Assembly (NCBI GenBank): GCA_902578305.1
Contig: CACHCK010000002.1
Coordinates: forward strand, 3,907-67,906
DNA: 64,000 nt
Direction: 5' to 3'
Source of the DNA: an uncultured Pelagibacteraceae bacterium
Lineage (GTDB): Bacteria > Pseudomonadota > Alphaproteobacteria > Pelagibacterales > AG-422-B15
The position numbers were made by a program, and so were the translations under genes. Shown in pieces: positions 38,028-49,129 of this stretch. The stretch's first letter is position 1. Each line of letters opens with the position of its first letter. The notes beneath the pieces are model-generated. The model was not told the origin of the DNA and did no database searches. It was given only the letters and a program-made list of their open reading frames with translations.

Positions 38028-40011
38028 AAAATAGAATAAGCTCCTCATCAGCGCCCACACTATCACCTGGCTTTATTAGAACTTTATCAATTACGCAGTC
38101 TTTTTCACTTTTTAAAATATTTTCCATTTTCATTGCTTCAATGATTAGCAATTGATCGCCACTTTTGACTTTTTGTCCTTCAGATACGTCTATTGACTTG
38201 ATTAGACCAGGCATTGGAGAAATTAATTTCTTTGATGAATCTTCTAATTTTATTTTCGGCATAAGTCTTAAGTAAGTTTCATGTTGCTTACTTACAACTA
38301 TGGTCTGACATCTACAATCATAGTAACTGACATTCGAAGAGTTAAGGTTTACAAGTTTATTTAATTTAAAATACTCTATTTGCTGGTTTATGCTTACCTG
38401 ACATAACCTCTTGTTTAGCTTTATAGATGATTCAATCTCATACTCTTTTTTTTCTATTTTAAAGGTTCCGTAAAATCTTTCTTTTTCAAACTTAGATTCT
38501 GTAACTTTGAGGTTAAGAAAATCTTCTCCTACCTTTATTACAAAATCATTAGAAGTTAGTATCTTGCTTTGTAATTGGAATATAAATAAAATCTGGGCAA
38601 AAATTGCAATTCTGTGTTTCTTATCTTCACTTAAATTATGATTAGAATAGTAACCCTTAGGAAATTTTTCTTTGATAAAATTTGTACTTATTTTGCCGTT
38701 TCTAAATTTTTTGTCACCTAAAATTGAAATCAGAAATTCAATATTATTTTCAACTCCTGATAAGTAATAATTTTGCAGTGAATTGATCATTAAGTCTATT
38801 GCAGTTGTTCTATCCTTACTATGAACCGCTAGCTTTGATATCATAGGATCATAAAATAAAGAAACTTCAGATCCAGGATTTATTCCTGTATCATTTCTAA
38901 TAATTTGATCTTTATCCTCGATTTTGGATGGCTCTATGTATTCAGTCACTCTACCAATTGAAGGTAAAAAATCTTTAGTTGGATCTTCGGCATAAATTCG
39001 AGACTCAACTGACCAGCCTTTAAGGTTAATATCTTTTTGTGATATATTTAACTTTTTATTATCTGCGCAATAAATCATTTGTTCAACCAGATCTACGCCT
39101 GTAACAAGCTCAGAAACAGGATGTTCAACTTGAAGTCTTGTGTTCATCTCGAGAAAATAAAAATTTTTGTTAGCATCTACTACAAATTCTACGGTGCCCG
39201 CTGAGTCGTATTGAACTTCCTTTGCAAGGATTAAAGCTTGTGCAGCCATTTCATTTCTCATATCTTCATCTACAAATGGCGATGGGCACTCCTCAATAAC
39301 TTTTTGATATCTCCTTTGAATTGAACATTCTCTCTCACCTAAATGAACTTGATTTCCATGTTTGTCACAAAGAATTTGTATCTCAATATGTCTTGGTTGC
39401 TCTATATATTTTTCAATAAACACACGATCATCCCCAAAGCTTTTCTTGGACTCACTCTTTGCGGCATTAAAATTTTCTTCTAATTCACTATTTTTTCTTA
39501 CTATTCTCATTCCTTTACCGCCACCTCCTGCTGATGCTTTTAGCAAGACTGGGTATCCAATTTTATTTGAGATTTTTAATGCTTCTTTTGAGTTTTTTAC
39601 TGGAGCGGTATGGCCAGGTATTACGTTTAGTTTAAGTTTTATTGCAAGATTTTTAGACTCAATTTTGTCTCCCATTTTTTTTATAGCATTAGGATTGGGT
39701 CCAATAAATTTTATTTTCTCTTTAGCCAGTCTTTTAACAAAAGCTGCATTTTCAGATAAAAAACCGTATCCTGGATGAATTGCGTCAGCCTTTGATTTTT
39801 TTGCAATATTAATGATTTTATTAATATCTAAATAAGACTCAGCTGGCTGAGAGCCTCCTATATGGTAAGACTCATCTGCCTGTTTCACAAACAAAGAATC
39901 CTTATCAGCATCAGAATAAACAGCTACCGTATTGATATTCAACTTTCTTGCTGTACGTATAACTCTGCACGCAATTTCTCCTCTATTCGCAATTAGAATT
40001 TTTTTAATCAT
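38020..40011 (-). CDS. pccA: propionyl-CoA carboxylase alpha subunit (biotin carboxylase + BCCP)
   Basis: 663 aa with KILIANRGEIACRVIRTA, an ATP-grasp domain and the C-terminal biotinylation motif EAMKMEN. It is adjacent to pccB. Confidence 0.88.
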   Translation of the reverse strand: MIKKILIANRGEIACRVIRTARKLNINTVAVYSDADKDSLFVKQADESYHIGGSQPAESYLDINKIINIAKKSKADAIHPGYGFLSENAAFVKRLAKEKIKFIGPNPNAIKKMGDKIESKNLAIKLKLNVIPGHTAPVKNSKEALKISNKIGYPVLLKASAGGGGKGMRIVRKNSELEENFNAAKSESKKSFGDDRVFIEKYIEQPRHIEIQILCDKHGNQVHLGERECSIQRRYQKVIEECPSPFVDEDMRNEMAAQALILAKEVQYDSAGTVEFVVDANKNFYFLEMNTRLQVEHPVSELVTGVDLVEQMIYCADNKKLNISQKDINLKGWSVESRIYAEDPTKDFLPSIGRVTEYIEPSKIEDKDQIIRNDTGINPGSEVSLFYDPMISKLAVHSKDRTTAIDLMINSLQNYYLSGVENNIEFLISILGDKKFRNGKISTNFIKEKFPKGYYSNHNLSEDKKHRIAIFAQILFIFQLQSKILTSNDFVIKVGEDFLNLKVTESKFEKERFYGTFKIEKKEYEIESSIKLNKRLCQVSINQQIEYFKLNKLVNLNSSNVSYYDCRCQTIVVSKQHETYLRLMPKIKLEDSSKKLISPMPGLIKSIDVSEGQKVKSGDQLLIIEAMKMENILKSEKDCVIDKVLIKPGDSVGADEELILFSK

Positions 40012-40014
40012 TAA

Positions 40015-41547
40015 TTATAATGGTATATTATCGTGTTTTTTTAAGGGAGAAGATAATTCTTTATCTTTAAGATTTTCAAGTGCTGTCGCTATACGACGAC
40101 GTGTTGAATGCGGTCTTATTACATCGTCTATGAATCCTCTCTTTGAAGCAATAAATGGATTTACAAACTGATCTGTATATTCTTGTGTTCTCTTATCAAT
40201 TTTCTTTTTATCCTTAATTTCATTTCTGAACAAAATTTCAGTAGCTCCCTTTGCACCCATAACTGCAATTTCTGCGCTTGGCCATGCATAATTAATATCA
40301 CCACGCAAATGCTTTGAAGCCATAACAACATATGCACCTCCGTAAGCCTTACGTGTTATTATTGTAATTTTAGGAACGGTTGCTTCAGCATAAGCGTATA
40401 AAAGCTTGGCACCATTTTTAATGATACCATTGTGTTCCTGAGATACTCCTGGCAAGAAACCCGGTACGTCAACAAAAGTTACAATTGGTATATTGAAACA
40501 ATCACAAAATCTTACAAACCTGCCTCCTTTTTTACCAGAGTCTATATCAAGACATCCTGCCAAAACTAAAGGCTGGTTTGCCACAAATCCAACTGTTCTT
40601 CCCTCAATTCTACCAAAACCAGTGATAATATTTTTTGCAAAGTCAGGCTGAATTTCAAAAAAATAGTTATTATCAACTACTTTATTAATTAGTTCCTTCA
40701 TATCATATGGTTTATTTGCGTTTTCAGGAACAAGGGTATCTAAAGAGTAATCCGGACTTAGGTTTTGAAAACTATCTTTAATATTTTTAGATTTTTCCCG
40801 ATTGCTTGAAGGCAGCAAGTCAATAAGACTTTTTACTTCCTGGAGTGTTTCAATATCATTGTTGAACGCTCCATCAGCTACAGAAGACTTTGAAGTATGT
40901 GTTTTAGCGCCTCCCAATTCCTCTTGCGTAACATTTTCTTGTGTCACGGTCTTTACAACATCTGGGCCAGTCACAAACATGAATGAGGTATTTTTGACCA
41001 TAAATATGAAATCTGTCATTGCGGGTGAATACACAGCTCCTCCAGCACATGGACCCATAATGACTGAAATTTGAGGAACAACTCCAGAGGCAAGAACATT
41101 TCGTTGAAACACCTCTGCATAACCTGCTAAAGAAGCAACACCCTCCTGAATACGTGCACCACCAGAGTCATTTATGCCAATAATAGGAGCGCCAACTTTC
41201 ATTGCCATGTCCATTATCTTGCATATTTTTTCTGCATGAGCTTCAGACAGTGAGCCCCCAAAAACTGTAAAGTCTTGACTGAAAACGTAAACTAATTTTC
41301 CATTTATTTTTCCACTGCCGGTAACTACTCCATCACCCGCATACTTCTGGTCGGCCATACCAAAGTCATTAGTACGGTGTTCCACGTACATATCGTACTC
41401 TTCAAAAGTGTCTTGATCTAAAAGTACCTCTATTCGTTCTCTAGCTGTTAATTTGCCTTTTGCGTGCTGAGAGTCAATTCGTTTTTTTCCTCCACCCAGT
41501 TTAGCCTCTTCGCGCTTTTTTTCTAATAATTTGATGATATCACTCAT
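40015..41547 (-). CDS. pccB: propionyl-CoA carboxylase beta subunit (carboxyltransferase)
   Basis: 510 aa of the carboxyltransferase family, with N-terminal ...[27 protein letters not shown]. The size matches PccB and it sits 3 nt upstream of pccA. Confidence 0.88.
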   Translation of the reverse strand: MSDIIKLLEKKREEAKLGGGKKRIDSQHAKGKLTARERIEVLLDQDTFEEYDMYVEHRTNDFGMADQKYAGDGVVTGSGKINGKLVYVFSQDFTVFGGSLSEAHAEKICKIMDMAMKVGAPIIGINDSGGARIQEGVASLAGYAEVFQRNVLASGVVPQISVIMGPCAGGAVYSPAMTDFIFMVKNTSFMFVTGPDVVKTVTQENVTQEELGGAKTHTSKSSVADGAFNNDIETLQEVKSLIDLLPSSNREKSKNIKDSFQNLSPDYSLDTLVPENANKPYDMKELINKVVDNNYFFEIQPDFAKNIITGFGRIEGRTVGFVANQPLVLAGCLDIDSGKKGGRFVRFCDCFNIPIVTFVDVPGFLPGVSQEHNGIIKNGAKLLYAYAEATVPKITIITRKAYGGAYVVMASKHLRGDINYAWPSAEIAVMGAKGATEILFRNEIKDKKKIDKRTQEYTDQFVNPFIASKRGFIDDVIRPHSTRRRIATALENLKDKELSSPLKKHDNIPL

Positions 41548-41556
41548 GAAGTAACT

Positions 41557-41584
41557 ATATTATATAATATTTCTGAATTATCAA
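41557..41584 (-). promoter_or_regulatory. candidate promoter immediately upstream of pccB
   Basis: On the minus strand the site reads TTGATA (41579-41584), a 16-nt spacer, then TAATAT (41557-41562). It ends 9 nt before the pccB ATG and there is no SD in between. This is a hexamer match only. Confidence 0.2.
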
Positions 41585-41585
41585 T

Positions 41586-42455
41586 TTATAAGTATTTTCT
41601 AAAGTGATTTGGGAGTTCAGTCTCTATTTTGACTTTTTTATTATTCATATCAATGAATTCTAAAGCGCCGGCATGTAGAAATAAATTAGAAATTTTTATT
41701 TGATTGCGTTCGATATAATATTTTTTATCACCAAGGATTGGAAAACCATTCATAAAACAATGTTGCCTAATTTGATGTTTTCTACCTGATTGGGGATTTA
41801 ATTTTAAAAGAAAATATTCTCCAGACAGTTTTTTTATTATTTGATATTTTGTTTCAGCGGAAACATTTTTTTTATTTTTGGGAAGCATGTCATTAAGTGT
41901 TCCCTCTTTATATTTTGGTTTTTTTTCAACTATTGCATAATAAGTTTTCTTTATTTCATGGTTAGATAGAATTTTGTGAAAGTATCTTGCTGAAATAGAA
42001 TTTTTTGCGATTATCAATAGACCAGTTGTGTCTTTGTCAAGACGATGCACTAGCTTAGGATGACATTCTTTAGTATTAAAAAATTGAAGTAAATCATCAA
42101 TTGATAGATTAATTTTTGATCCACGCTGACATGGTATTCCAGCCCACTTATTAATAATAATAAAGTCGTCAGATTGAAAAACTACTGAATTTTTAATTTT
42201 TCTCTTGATTATGTTGGGTATTTTAATTGAAGATTTATTTTCATTAATAACTTTGAATTCCTTGAAAACATCAACAATATCATCTTGTTTAACTCTATAA
42301 CTTCCAAGTTTTTTTTTATTATTTATTTTAATTGACTTTTTTCTGAGCTCTTTATGAAGTAATGAGAAAGGAATATTTAATTTATCTTTTAAAAACTTGT
42401 CTAATCTTACCCCGTTAGAAGCACTATCAACAATTATAGTTTTTTTGGATTTCAT
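41586..42455 (-). CDS. RluA-family 23S rRNA pseudouridine synthase (RluC/RluD-like)
   Basis: 289 aa with an N-terminal S4-like domain (RLDKFL) and the catalytic motif HRLDKDTTGLLIIAK. Confidence 0.88.
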   Translation of the reverse strand: MKSKKTIIVDSASNGVRLDKFLKDKLNIPFSLLHKELRKKSIKINNKKKLGSYRVKQDDIVDVFKEFKVINENKSSIKIPNIIKRKIKNSVVFQSDDFIIINKWAGIPCQRGSKINLSIDDLLQFFNTKECHPKLVHRLDKDTTGLLIIAKNSISARYFHKILSNHEIKKTYYAIVEKKPKYKEGTLNDMLPKNKKNVSAETKYQIIKKLSGEYFLLKLNPQSGRKHQIRQHCFMNGFPILGDKKYYIERNQIKISNLFLHAGALEFIDMNNKKVKIETELPNHFRKYL

Positions 42456-42500
42456 CTAAATTTATATGTTTAGATAAATCAATTTATTATGAATTAGATA

Positions 42501-42863
42501 TTATTTATCTTGATCAAGAATTTGAATATAAGCCATAGGTGCATTATCACCTGACCGATAGCCAGCTTTAACAATTCTACAATAGCCACCGTTTCTATCT
42601 TTGAATCTTTCAGATAAATCTCCAAAAACTTTTGTTACTGCTTCTTTGTCTCTAAGTGAATTAAAGGCATTTGCCCTAGATGAACTTTTATTCTTTTTAC
42701 CTAGAGTGATAATTTTTTCAACAAATGGTCTTAGTTCCTTTGCTTTTGGAAGTGTGGTTTTAATAGTCTCATTTTTGATTAGAGAAACAGCCATGTTCTC
42801 AAGCATTGCTATTCGATGCGATGATGTCCTATTTAACTTTCTTTTTGCAATACCGTGTCTCAT
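42501..42863 (-). CDS. rplQ: 50S ribosomal protein L17
   Basis: 120 aa starting [17 protein letters not shown]. It is the last gene of the alpha operon. Confidence 0.96.
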   Translation of the reverse strand: MRHGIAKRKLNRTSSHRIAMLENMAVSLIKNETIKTTLPKAKELRPFVEKIITLGKKNKSSSRANAFNSLRDKEAVTKVFGDLSERFKDRNGGYCRIVKAGYRSGDNAPMAYIQILDQDK

Positions 42864-42865
42864 TT

Positions 42866-43888
42866 TTAATTATATGGATCTTCAATCTTTCTTGCCATTT
42901 CCTCGATGTTTTCAGGTGGCCAATTAGGTACCTCCATGCCTAAATATAGTGACATTGTGCCCAGTACTTCTTTTATTTCATTAAGAGACTTACGACCAAA
43001 ATTAGGTGTACGCAACATTTCAATTTCACTTTTTTGAACAAGGTCTCCAATGTAAATAATATTATCATTTCTTAAGCAATTCATTGATCTCACTGAAAGT
43101 TCAAGCTCCTCAACTTTTCTTAAAAGATTTTTATTAAATTGAGGTTCCAATGCATCAGGTTCTTCCTGTATCTCTTCAGGTTCTTCAAAATTAATAAATG
43201 ATTGCAATTGGTCTTGAATTATTCGTGCTGCAAATGCAATGGCATCCTCAGGAGATACTGACCCATTTGTTTCAATTGACATTGTTAACTTATCATAATC
43301 CAGAACTTTTCCTTCTCTAGTATTTTCTATACTGTATGAAACTTGTTTAACTGGGCTAAATATAGAATCTATCGGAATCAAGCCTATAGCGGAATCCTCT
43401 GGTTTGTTATGTTCAGCAGCAACATAGCCTTTACCTTTTGCTACGGTAAGCTCCATATTAAACTCAGTATTGTCATCAAGATTACAGATAACTAACTCTG
43501 GATTTATAATATCTATCTCAGAAGGAGTATTAATCATACCTGCAGTAATCTCACCTGGACCAGTTACATTGAGATTCATTTTTCTTACACCTTCAGAATG
43601 CATATTTAGAGACAAAGACTTAATATTTAATACTATATCCGTTACATCTTCTCTTACTCCATCAATAGATGAAAATTCATGAAGTACATTATCTATCTTA
43701 ATTGCAGTCACAGCAGTACCTTGTAGTGACGACAACAGCACTCTTCTAAGAGCATTTCCAAGAGTTAAACCAAAACCCCTTTCGAGTGGTTCCGCAATTA
43801 ATGTTGCTTTATATTGAGTGTCTTCATCGCTGATTAGCTTTAGTTTTGAAGGTTTTATTAATGCCTGCCAATTATTAATAATACTCAT
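42866..43888 (-). CDS. rpoA: DNA-directed RNA polymerase subunit alpha
   Basis: The start is set at the Met at 43888 ([16 protein letters not shown]), which is preceded by AGGA 9 nt upstream. The longer track ORF would overlap rpsK. The alpha-CTD reads [22 protein letters not shown]. Confidence 0.95.
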   Translation of the reverse strand: MSIINNWQALIKPSKLKLISDEDTQYKATLIAEPLERGFGLTLGNALRRVLLSSLQGTAVTAIKIDNVLHEFSSIDGVREDVTDIVLNIKSLSLNMHSEGVRKMNLNVTGPGEITAGMINTPSEIDIINPELVICNLDDNTEFNMELTVAKGKGYVAAEHNKPEDSAIGLIPIDSIFSPVKQVSYSIENTREGKVLDYDKLTMSIETNGSVSPEDAIAFAARIIQDQLQSFINFEEPEEIQEEPDALEPQFNKNLLRKVEELELSVRSMNCLRNDNIIYIGDLVQKSEIEMLRTPNFGRKSLNEIKEVLGTMSLYLGMEVPNWPPENIEEMARKIEDPYN

Positions 43889-43911
43889 AGTTTTTTTTCC
43901 TTTAATAAATA

Positions 43912-44301
43912 TTAAACTCTTCTTTTCTTTGGTGGACGACAACCATTGTGAGGAATTGGTGTAGTATCTTTAATAGAAGTTATATAGAATCCTACAGCTT
44001 GTAATGCTCGTAGTGCCGACTCTCGTCCTCCGCCTGGTCCTCTAACAAATACTTGTAAGTTTTTTAAACCAAACTCTTTTGCTTTAGTGCCAGCGTCCTC
44101 AGCTGCAATTTGTGCAGCGTATGGTGTAGACTTTCTTGATCCTTTAAAACCTTTTACTCCCGCAGACGACCATGCAATACTATTGCCTTGCTCATCTGTA
44201 ATGGTAATCATAGTGTTATTAAATGTAGCATTAATATACGCTAATCCAGAAATGATATTCTTTTTTTGTTTTTTCTTTTTTACAGTTTTAGCTTCAGCCA
44301 T
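43912..44301 (-). CDS. rpsK: 30S ribosomal protein S11
   Basis: 129 aa with [14 protein letters not shown] and C-terminal [13 protein letters not shown]. Confidence 0.97.
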   Translation of the reverse strand: MAEAKTVKKKKQKKNIISGLAYINATFNNTMITITDEQGNSIAWSSAGVKGFKGSRKSTPYAAQIAAEDAGTKAKEFGLKNLQVFVRGPGGGRESALRALQAVGFYITSIKDTTPIPHNGCRPPKKRRV

Positions 44302-44303
44302 AT

Positions 44304-44681
44304 TTATTTAGCAACCTTTTTCTTTCCAGCGATTGCAATAGCCTTTCCTTTTTTTGTTCTGGCGTTTGTATGAGTACGCTGACCTCTACATGGCAAATTT
44401 TTTCTGTGTCTTACACCTCTATACGTGCCAAGATCCTTCAATCTTTTGATATTTCCAGAAACCTCTCTTCTTAAATCACCTTCAACCAAAAATGATGACG
44501 AAATAACATCACTAACATTTTTTATTTCTGTTTCAGATAAATCTTGAACTCTAGTATTTGCATCTACATTTGCCTTAGAACACACATCCCTTGAGATCTT
44601 ATTTCCAATTCCATATACATAGGTTAATGCAACTCCTAATTTCTTTTGGGTTGGAATATTTACTCCAGCAATACGAGCCAT
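44304..44681 (-). CDS. rpsM: 30S ribosomal protein S13
   Basis: 125 aa starting [10 protein letters not shown], with [24 protein letters not shown]. Confidence 0.97.
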   Translation of the reverse strand: MARIAGVNIPTQKKLGVALTYVYGIGNKISRDVCSKANVDANTRVQDLSETEIKNVSDVISSSFLVEGDLRREVSGNIKRLKDLGTYRGVRHRKNLPCRGQRTHTNARTKKGKAIAIAGKKKVAK

Positions 44682-44720
44682 TAATAAAGACCTAACATTT
44701 TTGGTTTGAGAGATTGCGGG

Positions 44721-44748
44721 ATTATAGGATTATTAATTAATTGGTCAA
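44721..44748 (-). promoter_or_regulatory. candidate sigma70 promoter of the alpha operon (rpsM-rpsK-rpoA-rplQ)
   Basis: On the minus strand the site reads TTGACC (44743-44748), a 16-nt spacer, then a consensus TATAAT (44721-44726), 39 nt before the rpsM ATG. It lies in one of only two spacers longer than 23 nt in the 16-kb ribosomal cluster. Confidence 0.5.
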
Positions 44749-44753
44749 GCATA

Positions 44754-45320
44754 TTAAAGGTGATCTATAATTGAGTTAATTGATTGATTTATATGCATAA
44801 TTTCACCTACACCACTGACCTTCTTTAGCAGTTTTGCTTCATCATAATATTTTATTAAAGGTATAGTTTCATTGAAATATGTTTCGAGTCTTTTAATAAG
44901 AGTTTCCTCATTATCATCTGATCTTCCTTCTTCTTTACCTCTAGATAATATTCTGTCTTTTAAATGTTTTTCATCAACATCTAACTGAATTACGCATGAT
45001 AACTTCTTTTTAAGTTCTAACATCAATTTATCTAGAAGCTTAGCCTGCTCTTTATTTCTTGGAAAGCCATCGAGCAGGTATCCACTTGAAGTTTTATTAT
45101 TATTAAAAAATGATTTAATAACATTAATTATGATATCGTTAGAAACTAATTTTCCCTCATCAATGATTTGTTTAGCCTTTACCCCTATCTCACTTTTATT
45201 AGCTATCTCGACCCTAAGCAGATCACCTGTGGATAAGTGGATTAATTTATACTTTTCACAGATTAGATTTGCCTGAGTTCCTTTTCCAGCTCCTGGAGGT
45301 CCCAATAAAACTAAATTCAC
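44754..45320 (-). CDS. adk: adenylate kinase (short-lid form)
   Basis: 188 aa with the P-loop GPPGAGKGTQ. The short LID has no Cys4 motif. Confidence 0.95.
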   Translation of the reverse strand: MNLVLLGPPGAGKGTQANLICEKYKLIHLSTGDLLRVEIANKSEIGVKAKQIIDEGKLVSNDIIINVIKSFFNNNKTSSGYLLDGFPRNKEQAKLLDKLMLELKKKLSCVIQLDVDEKHLKDRILSRGKEEGRSDDNEETLIKRLETYFNETIPLIKYYDEAKLLKKVSGVGEIMHINQSINSIIDHL

Positions 45321-46648
45321 CTTCTTGTGCCTCTTAGGCGAGATTTTTTTATCAAAGCTTCATATTGATATGCAAACAAATGACTTTGAATTTGTCCAAC
45401 AGTATCCATGCCTACAACCACAACAATGAGTAACGATGTACCTCCCAAATAAAATGGAATTGAGTATTGTGCTATTAAAATTTCTGGGAGTATGCATACA
45501 AATGCTAAATATAATGCTCCAATGGTTGTTATTCTTGATAAGACAAAATCAATATACTCAGCAGTTTTTTCACCTGGCCTAATTCCTGGAATAAAGCCAC
45601 CTTGTCTTTTTAGATTATCAGCAGTTTCAACTGGATTAAATACAATTGAAGTATAAAAGAATGCAAAAAATATAATTGCCGCTGCGTACATCATCATATA
45701 TGCAGGCTGGCCTCTTCCAAGAAGTGCTGCAATATCGTTTAATAATCCTGGCTCAGCAGACACATTGAAGTTTGCAATTGTAATTGGTAACAATAAAATA
45801 GATGAAGCAAATATTGCTGGTATAACACCTGCGGTGTTAAGTTTAAGTGGTAGATGCGTGCTATCTCCAGCGAACATCTTATTTCCCATCTGTCTTTTTG
45901 GGTACTGAACTATTAATCTTCTTTGAGCCCTCTCCATAAAAACTATAAAGATAACTACAGCTATAATCATTAACAAGAGCAACACAAGTGTGAGAGTTGA
46001 GATGGTTCCCTGACGACCCAAAGTTAATGTATTAATTAATGCGCTAGGTATTTCGGCAACAATACCAGAGAAGATAATGAGCGATATTCCATTTCCTATA
46101 CCTCTACTGGTTATTTGTTCTCCAAGCCACATCAAGAAAACTGTTCCGCCAGTTAATGTAATTGTTGTGGAAAGTCTAAAAAATAGTCCGGGGTCTGTAA
46201 CAACTTTTCCTGCAGACTCTAATCCAACAGAAATCCCATATCCTTGTAATAGCGCAAGTAAGACAGTTCCGTATCTTGTATATTGAGTAATTTTTCTTCT
46301 TCCAGGCTCACCTTCTTTTTTTAAACTTGCCAGATGAGGCGATACACTTGTCATAAGTTGCATGATAATTGATGAAGATATGTATGGCATGATACCTAAT
46401 GCGAAAATAGCCATTCGGCTTATAGCTCCACCTGCAAAAACATCAAACATTCCTAGAATTCCACTTTGATTAGTCTCAACAAGTAGTTTTAACTGCTCAA
46501 TATCTATTCCGGGTAAAGGTATATAAGTGCCAAATCTGTAAATTATTAAAGCACCTAAAGTAAACCAAATCCTTTTCTTTAATTCAGTGGCCTTGGAGAA
46601 GACACTAAAGTTAAAGTTTGATGCTAATTTTTCAGCTGCTGAAGCCAT
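45317..46648 (-). CDS. secY: preprotein translocase subunit SecY
   Basis: 443 aa with a 10-TM profile, in the conserved position between rplO and adk. Confidence 0.96.
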   Translation of the reverse strand: MASAAEKLASNFNFSVFSKATELKKRIWFTLGALIIYRFGTYIPLPGIDIEQLKLLVETNQSGILGMFDVFAGGAISRMAIFALGIMPYISSSIIMQLMTSVSPHLASLKKEGEPGRRKITQYTRYGTVLLALLQGYGISVGLESAGKVVTDPGLFFRLSTTITLTGGTVFLMWLGEQITSRGIGNGISLIIFSGIVAEIPSALINTLTLGRQGTISTLTLVLLLLMIIAVVIFIVFMERAQRRLIVQYPKRQMGNKMFAGDSTHLPLKLNTAGVIPAIFASSILLLPITIANFNVSAEPGLLNDIAALLGRGQPAYMMMYAAAIIFFAFFYTSIVFNPVETADNLKRQGGFIPGIRPGEKTAEYIDFVLSRITTIGALYLAFVCILPEILIAQYSIPFYLGGTSLLIVVVVGMDTVGQIQSHLFAYQYEALIKKSRLRGTRR

Positions 46649-46652
46649 TTCG

Positions 46653-47117
46653 CTAGATCGCTTTACTAATTTTTAATTCAACACCAAGTTTTTGAAGTTT
46701 TTCTTCCGCAGACTTAGTTACTTTACTGCATTCAATAATATTTTTTGATTTTAATTCGCCTGTACCAAGAATTTTTAGAAGTTTTTTATCTTTATTTTTT
46801 AAAATACGTAACTTTTTTAAGAGTGCGATATTAATAATCTCAGACTCATTAATAGAGTTTTTATCAATCAATTTTTGTAGTTTAGAGAGATTTAATTCAA
46901 AATATTGTTTCTTTGTAAAATTTGAGAAGCCAAATTTAGGCAATCTTCTATGCAAGGGCATTTGTCCACCTTCAAAACCATGAATAGCAACTCCGGAACG
47001 GGCTTTTTGTCCTTTATGACCACTACCAGAGGTTTTCCCTTTACCTGAGCCAATACCTCTTCCAATTCTCTTCTTTGATTTAAAGCTCTTATTTTTATTG
47101 ATTTGATTTAATTTCAT
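46653..47117 (-). CDS. rplO: 50S ribosomal protein L15
   Basis: 154 aa with the Gly/Lys-rich N-terminus [26 protein letters not shown]. Confidence 0.95.
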   Translation of the reverse strand: MKLNQINKNKSFKSKKRIGRGIGSGKGKTSGSGHKGQKARSGVAIHGFEGGQMPLHRRLPKFGFSNFTKKQYFELNLSKLQKLIDKNSINESEIINIALLKKLRILKNKDKKLLKILGTGELKSKNIIECSKVTKSAEEKLQKLGVELKISKAI

Positions 47118-47300
47118 TTAACTATTTTCCGTAATTACTAAATGATTGATTTTTTTTATCATTCCCAATGTTTCAGGTGTTGCTTCTCGAATAACGCTGC
47201 TGTTAATTTTTTTAAGCCCTAGCCCTTTTACTGTTGCTATTTGTGCCTTTTGGGAACCAATGGTACTTTTTTTTAATGTAATTTTTAATTTTTGAGTCAT
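47118..47300 (-). CDS. rpmD: 50S ribosomal protein L30
   Basis: 60 aa ([24 protein letters not shown]) in the conserved position. Confidence 0.93.
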   Translation of the reverse strand: MTQKLKITLKKSTIGSQKAQIATVKGLGLKKINSSVIREATPETLGMIKKINHLVITENS

Positions 47301-47827
47301 GTAGTTTCTCTTGCTGAAGTGATGTTGCCAACTTTTTTAGACCTCCTTGCAGCAATGATCTTTGGTGATTTTTGCTGTTTCAGTCCATCTACTGCCGCTC
47401 TGATAATGTTATAGGGATTTGAACTACCGACTGACTTTGCAACAATGTCTTGTATACCTAATAATTCAAATACTGCCCTAACTGATCCTCCAGCAATAAT
47501 ACCTGTGCCTGAAGGTGCAGATCTCATTACAACGCGTGATGAACCATGTGTTCCAACTATATCATGGTGTAATGTTCTACCTTCTCTCAGTGGTATTCTA
47601 ACCAAACTTTTTTTAGCTGAATCTGTTGCTTTTTTAATGGCCTCAGGAACCTCTTTTGCTTTTCCGTGACCAAAACCAACTTTACCAGACTCATCACCAG
47701 CAACCACTAATGCTGCAAATCCAAATCGCCTTCCTCCTTTAACAACTTTTGTAACACGATTAATTGCTACTAGTTTGTCTTTAATATCAATACCATTTTG
47801 ATCTTTTATCTTGTTTTCTTTTGCCAT
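47297..47827 (-). CDS. rpsE: 30S ribosomal protein S5
   Basis: 176 aa with [24 protein letters not shown]. Confidence 0.96.
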   Translation of the reverse strand: MAKENKIKDQNGIDIKDKLVAINRVTKVVKGGRRFGFAALVVAGDESGKVGFGHGKAKEVPEAIKKATDSAKKSLVRIPLREGRTLHHDIVGTHGSSRVVMRSAPSGTGIIAGGSVRAVFELLGIQDIVAKSVGSSNPYNIIRAAVDGLKQQKSPKIIAARRSKKVGNITSARETT

Positions 47828-47835
47828 AATATTTC

Positions 47836-48183
47836 CTATAAATTTATGCCCCCAGATCTTACTTCATCAGTAATAGTTTTTACTATTCCATGATACAAAT
47901 TCGAACCACGATCCAAGTAAACATCTTTAACGCCCTTTTCAGCTGCTGACTTAGCAAGTTCACTGCCTAATATTTTTGCATTTGCAACATTACATGAATT
48001 TTTATTTTTTTCTGATTTTAGAGTTGAGGCACTGCAAACAGTAATACCTTTATTATCGTCAACAATTTGAGCATATAAGTGCTGTGAGGACTTATAAAGA
48101 GTGAGTCTCAAACGAGATTTATTATTTTTCTTTAGCTTAAACCTGACCCTACTTGATCTTTTTTGTTTTTTTGGAGATAACAT
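47836..48183 (-). CDS. rplR: 50S ribosomal protein L18
   Basis: 115 aa with a basic N-terminus and C-terminal [19 protein letters not shown]. Confidence 0.95.
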   Translation of the reverse strand: MLSPKKQKRSSRVRFKLKKNNKSRLRLTLYKSSQHLYAQIVDDNKGITVCSASTLKSEKNKNSCNVANAKILGSELAKSAAEKGVKDVYLDRGSNLYHGIVKTITDEVRSGGINL

Positions 48184-48716
48184 TATTTCTTTTTACCTTC
48201 TTTTCTATTTATATATTCATCAGCATATTTTATGCCCTTACCTTTATAAGGTTCAGGTCCCCTAAAATTTCGAATTTCAGCGGCAGTTTGTCCAACAAGT
48301 TGCTTGTCAGGACCCTTAATCTCAATATTATTTTGTTTATCAACTGTGACAGTAATATTTTCTGGAATATTGTAGTTTATCGGATGACTATACCCAAGTA
48401 ATAATTCAAGAGTTTTTCCCTTTAAAGCTGCTCGATAACCAACACCGTTCATCTCTAGTTTTTTTGTAAAGCCCTCACTTACACCAATAATTAAATTATT
48501 AACTAAATTTCTCTGCAATCCCCAAAAAGAAATTAAAGTTTTGTCATCTGATTTGGGTTTCATTGTAATTTTTTGATCCTCAACAATTACTTCGATTTGA
48601 GAATTTAACTTTGATTCAAGTTTGCCTAATGGGCCTTCAGCTGAAATTAATCCATCTTGAAGATTAATTTTTACACTTTCTGGTATATTTATTTCTTTTG
48701 ATCCAACTCTAGACAT
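48183..48716 (-). CDS. rplF: 50S ribosomal protein L6
   Basis: 177 aa starting MSRVGSKEINIP, with PEPYKGKGIKY. Confidence 0.96.
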   Translation of the reverse strand: MSRVGSKEINIPESVKINLQDGLISAEGPLGKLESKLNSQIEVIVEDQKITMKPKSDDKTLISFWGLQRNLVNNLIIGVSEGFTKKLEMNGVGYRAALKGKTLELLLGYSHPINYNIPENITVTVDKQNNIEIKGPDKQLVGQTAAEIRNFRGPEPYKGKGIKYADEYINRKEGKKK

Positions 48717-48718
48717 AA

Positions 48719-49117
48719 TTAAAATACTCTACAAATAATTTCCCCACCTACTTTTTGATCTCTTGCGTCTGCGTCCGTCATCACGCCTTTAGAAGTTGAA
48801 ATAATTGAAATTCCAAGGCCATTATGTACATATGGTATTCTTCCAGCACCAGAATAAACACGTCTACCTGGTTTTGAAATTCTTGTTATTTCTGAAATTA
48901 CTGGACCTTTTTCATCATATTTCAATTCAATATCAAGTTCTTCCCTGCCAGATGAGTGTTTTGTTCGAGCATATCCTCTTATGTAGCCTTCTTTTTTAAG
49001 TACCTCTAAAATATTTTCTCTTAATTTTGATACAGGAGAGCTAACAATTGGCTTATTTCTCATTTGTGCATTTCTAATTCTACTAAATAAATCTGACAAT
49101 GGATCTTGTAATGACAT
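48719..49117 (-). CDS. rpsH: 30S ribosomal protein S8
   Basis: 132 aa with [14 protein letters not shown] and a GGEIICRVF end. Confidence 0.96.
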   Translation of the reverse strand: MSLQDPLSDLFSRIRNAQMRNKPIVSSPVSKLRENILEVLKKEGYIRGYARTKHSSGREELDIELKYDEKGPVISEITRISKPGRRVYSGAGRIPYVHNGLGISIISTSKGVMTDADARDQKVGGEIICRVF

Positions 49118-49129
49118 ATTTCTTCCTTT

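Noticed and set aside
39362-39778. A 138-aa plus-strand ORF antisense to pccA, plus similar ORFs at 4121-4567, 40802-41074 and 61911-62306.
   Set aside because: All are embedded opposite well-supported conserved genes. None has family motifs and none has independent start context.
42456-42473. A small inverted repeat CTAAA-N8-TTTAG downstream of rplQ, considered as a possible terminator.
   Set aside because: The stem is 5 bp and almost pure A/T, with no following U-tract on the transcribed strand. It is too weak to call.
43889-43942. N-terminal extensions in the ORF track for rpoA (43942). The same issue affects fusA (57729), rplW (54016), panC (34010) and plsY (27467).
   Set aside because: Each extension overlaps the upstream gene and is unlike the family N-terminus. 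An internal Met yields the canonical N-terminus, supported by an SD for rpoA, fusA and rplW and by an ATGA overlap with the pyrB stop for plsY. I therefore used the shorter models.
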